DNA of 64,000 nucleotides from Bryobacterales bacterium (GTDB taxonomy: Bacteria; Acidobacteriota; Terriglobia; Bryobacterales; UBA6623). The notes below the pieces were generated by a model. It did not search any database, was not told the DNA's origin, and worked only from the letters and a program-made list of their open reading frames with translations. The translations under genes were made by a program, and so were the position numbers. This document shows positions 63,029-64,000 of this stretch, piece after piece. The first letter of the stretch is position 1, and each line of letters begins with the position of its first letter. The stretch covers positions 1,536,001 to 1,600,000 of the forward strand of contig OY729428.2 of NCBI GenBank assembly GCA_963422375.2. The letters are read 5' to 3'.

Positions 63029-64000
63029 TCAGAAGATTCGCTCGGCCGGGCGCAGCGTGCCGAAGGAACCGACGTTGGCGATCGCCAGACTGATGCGGAC
63101 TTGGTTGTCGCTGCGGGCGTTGCCGATCGACAGCCTGCGGAGCTCTACGCTGAAGCCGCAGCAGTCCGTGTTGTAGGTCAGTTGGGAGACCGAGTAGAGC
63201 AGGACCCCTTGGCGGTGGTCGAAGACGTTGTGCAGCGAGGCATTCCAGCCGCGCCGGTTGTAGTCGCCGTAGCGGATTCCCGTGAGCAGCTGGTGGCTCG
63301 GCGGGGTGATTGTGCCTGGGACCCGCACGGCGCGGTGGCCCGCCATGATGTAGATCTTGGGGCTCGCCTGCACGCTGGCGTCGGCCATCGTGTTCACGAG
63401 CCTGCCCCGCAGCGGGTCGTAGTCGTTGCGCCAGTGAAGGCTCCAGCGCGGGTTCGGGTGCAGCTTGAGGGACGTCGCGACCGGGGAGTAGTTGCGGGCC
63501 TCGGCGAGGAACGCAAACGAGGAGAAGTCCAGCGTAGACTGCAGCACGTTGCGGCTGCCGGGCACGAGGGCCCCGCCGAACGCGGCCTCGAAGTAGCGTC
63601 GCTGCCAGACCTCGAGGCTGGCCACCTCCCTAGTGGGGCCACGCGGGCTCATTTTGGCGTACAGGCGGTTCGTGACGGCGATCTCTGCCTCGTTGGTGTT
63701 GTGGATCAGGTCCCTGGCGTCGAATCGAATCGCGCGGTCGAAGCCCTCCACGCCTCGCGTGTAGCGGTAGCGCAGGCGCGTCTCGATGACGTGCTTGATG
63801 CGGTCGCCCAGCCATTTCGGACCGCGGAAAACGCGCTCCACGGCCGGGCCCGCGACGTCGACCGCGACCTCTCCCGTCTTGCGGTATAGGTTCTCGCCGA
63901 CGAGGCCCTCGCGGGCGCGTCGCTGTCCGTAGGCGATCGCGCGGGCTCCCAGGGTCGGCGTGACGGTGAAGCCCTTGAGCGAGAAGCGTGTCGAGACGCG
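63029..64000 (-). CDS. lptD: LPS-assembly protein LptD, C-terminal part (runs off the window)
   Basis: IKHVIE, TNEAEIAVTNRLY, QRRYF, YNTDCCGFS, IANVGSFGTL barrel end. Confidence 0.8.
   Translation of the reverse strand, partial: RVSTRFSLKGFTVTPTLGARAIAYGQRRAREGLVGENLYRKTGEVAVDVAGPAVERVFRGPKWLGDRIKHVIETRLRYRYTRGVEGFDRAIRFDARDLIHNTNEAEIAVTNRLYAKMSPRGPTREVASLEVWQRRYFEAAFGGALVPGSRNVLQSTLDFSSFAFLAEARNYSPVATSLKLHPNPRWSLHWRNDYDPLRGRLVNTMADASVQASPKIYIMAGHRAVRVPGTITPPSHQLLTGIRYGDYNRRGWNASLHNVFDHRQGVLLYSVSQLTYNTDCCGFSVELRRLSIGNARSDNQVRISLAIANVGSFGTLRPAERIF

Overview
GC-rich bacterial chromosome window. The gene content (DUF1592/DUF1552/DUF1501, several PQQ-type dehydrogenases, acidobacterial-style TonB, era-ybeY-phoH, lptD) suggests Acidobacteriota; a host-associated lineage with decaying DNA is possible but is inference only. 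It carries three PQQ-type dehydrogenases (two paired with atypical CX4CH/CXXCH cytochromes), a SWIM-SNF2 ATPase, a 1364-aa repeat-rich lipoprotein with TbpB-like lobes, a tRNA-Sec, a yhaO-yhaN pair, and five IS elements (four IS1595, one IS30; four have exact IRs and TSDs). The main hidden signal lies at 37.4-44.4 kb. Removing three nested-looking IS insertions at their target-site duplications and correcting one frameshift rebuilds a single ~994-aa gene. It fuses an astacin (M12A) metalloprotease, beta-repeat, PPC-like and BACON-like modules to a TonB C-terminal domain paralogous to that of the adjacent tonB. A candidate three-way-junction ncRNA with SD/anti-SD loops lies upstream of yhaO.
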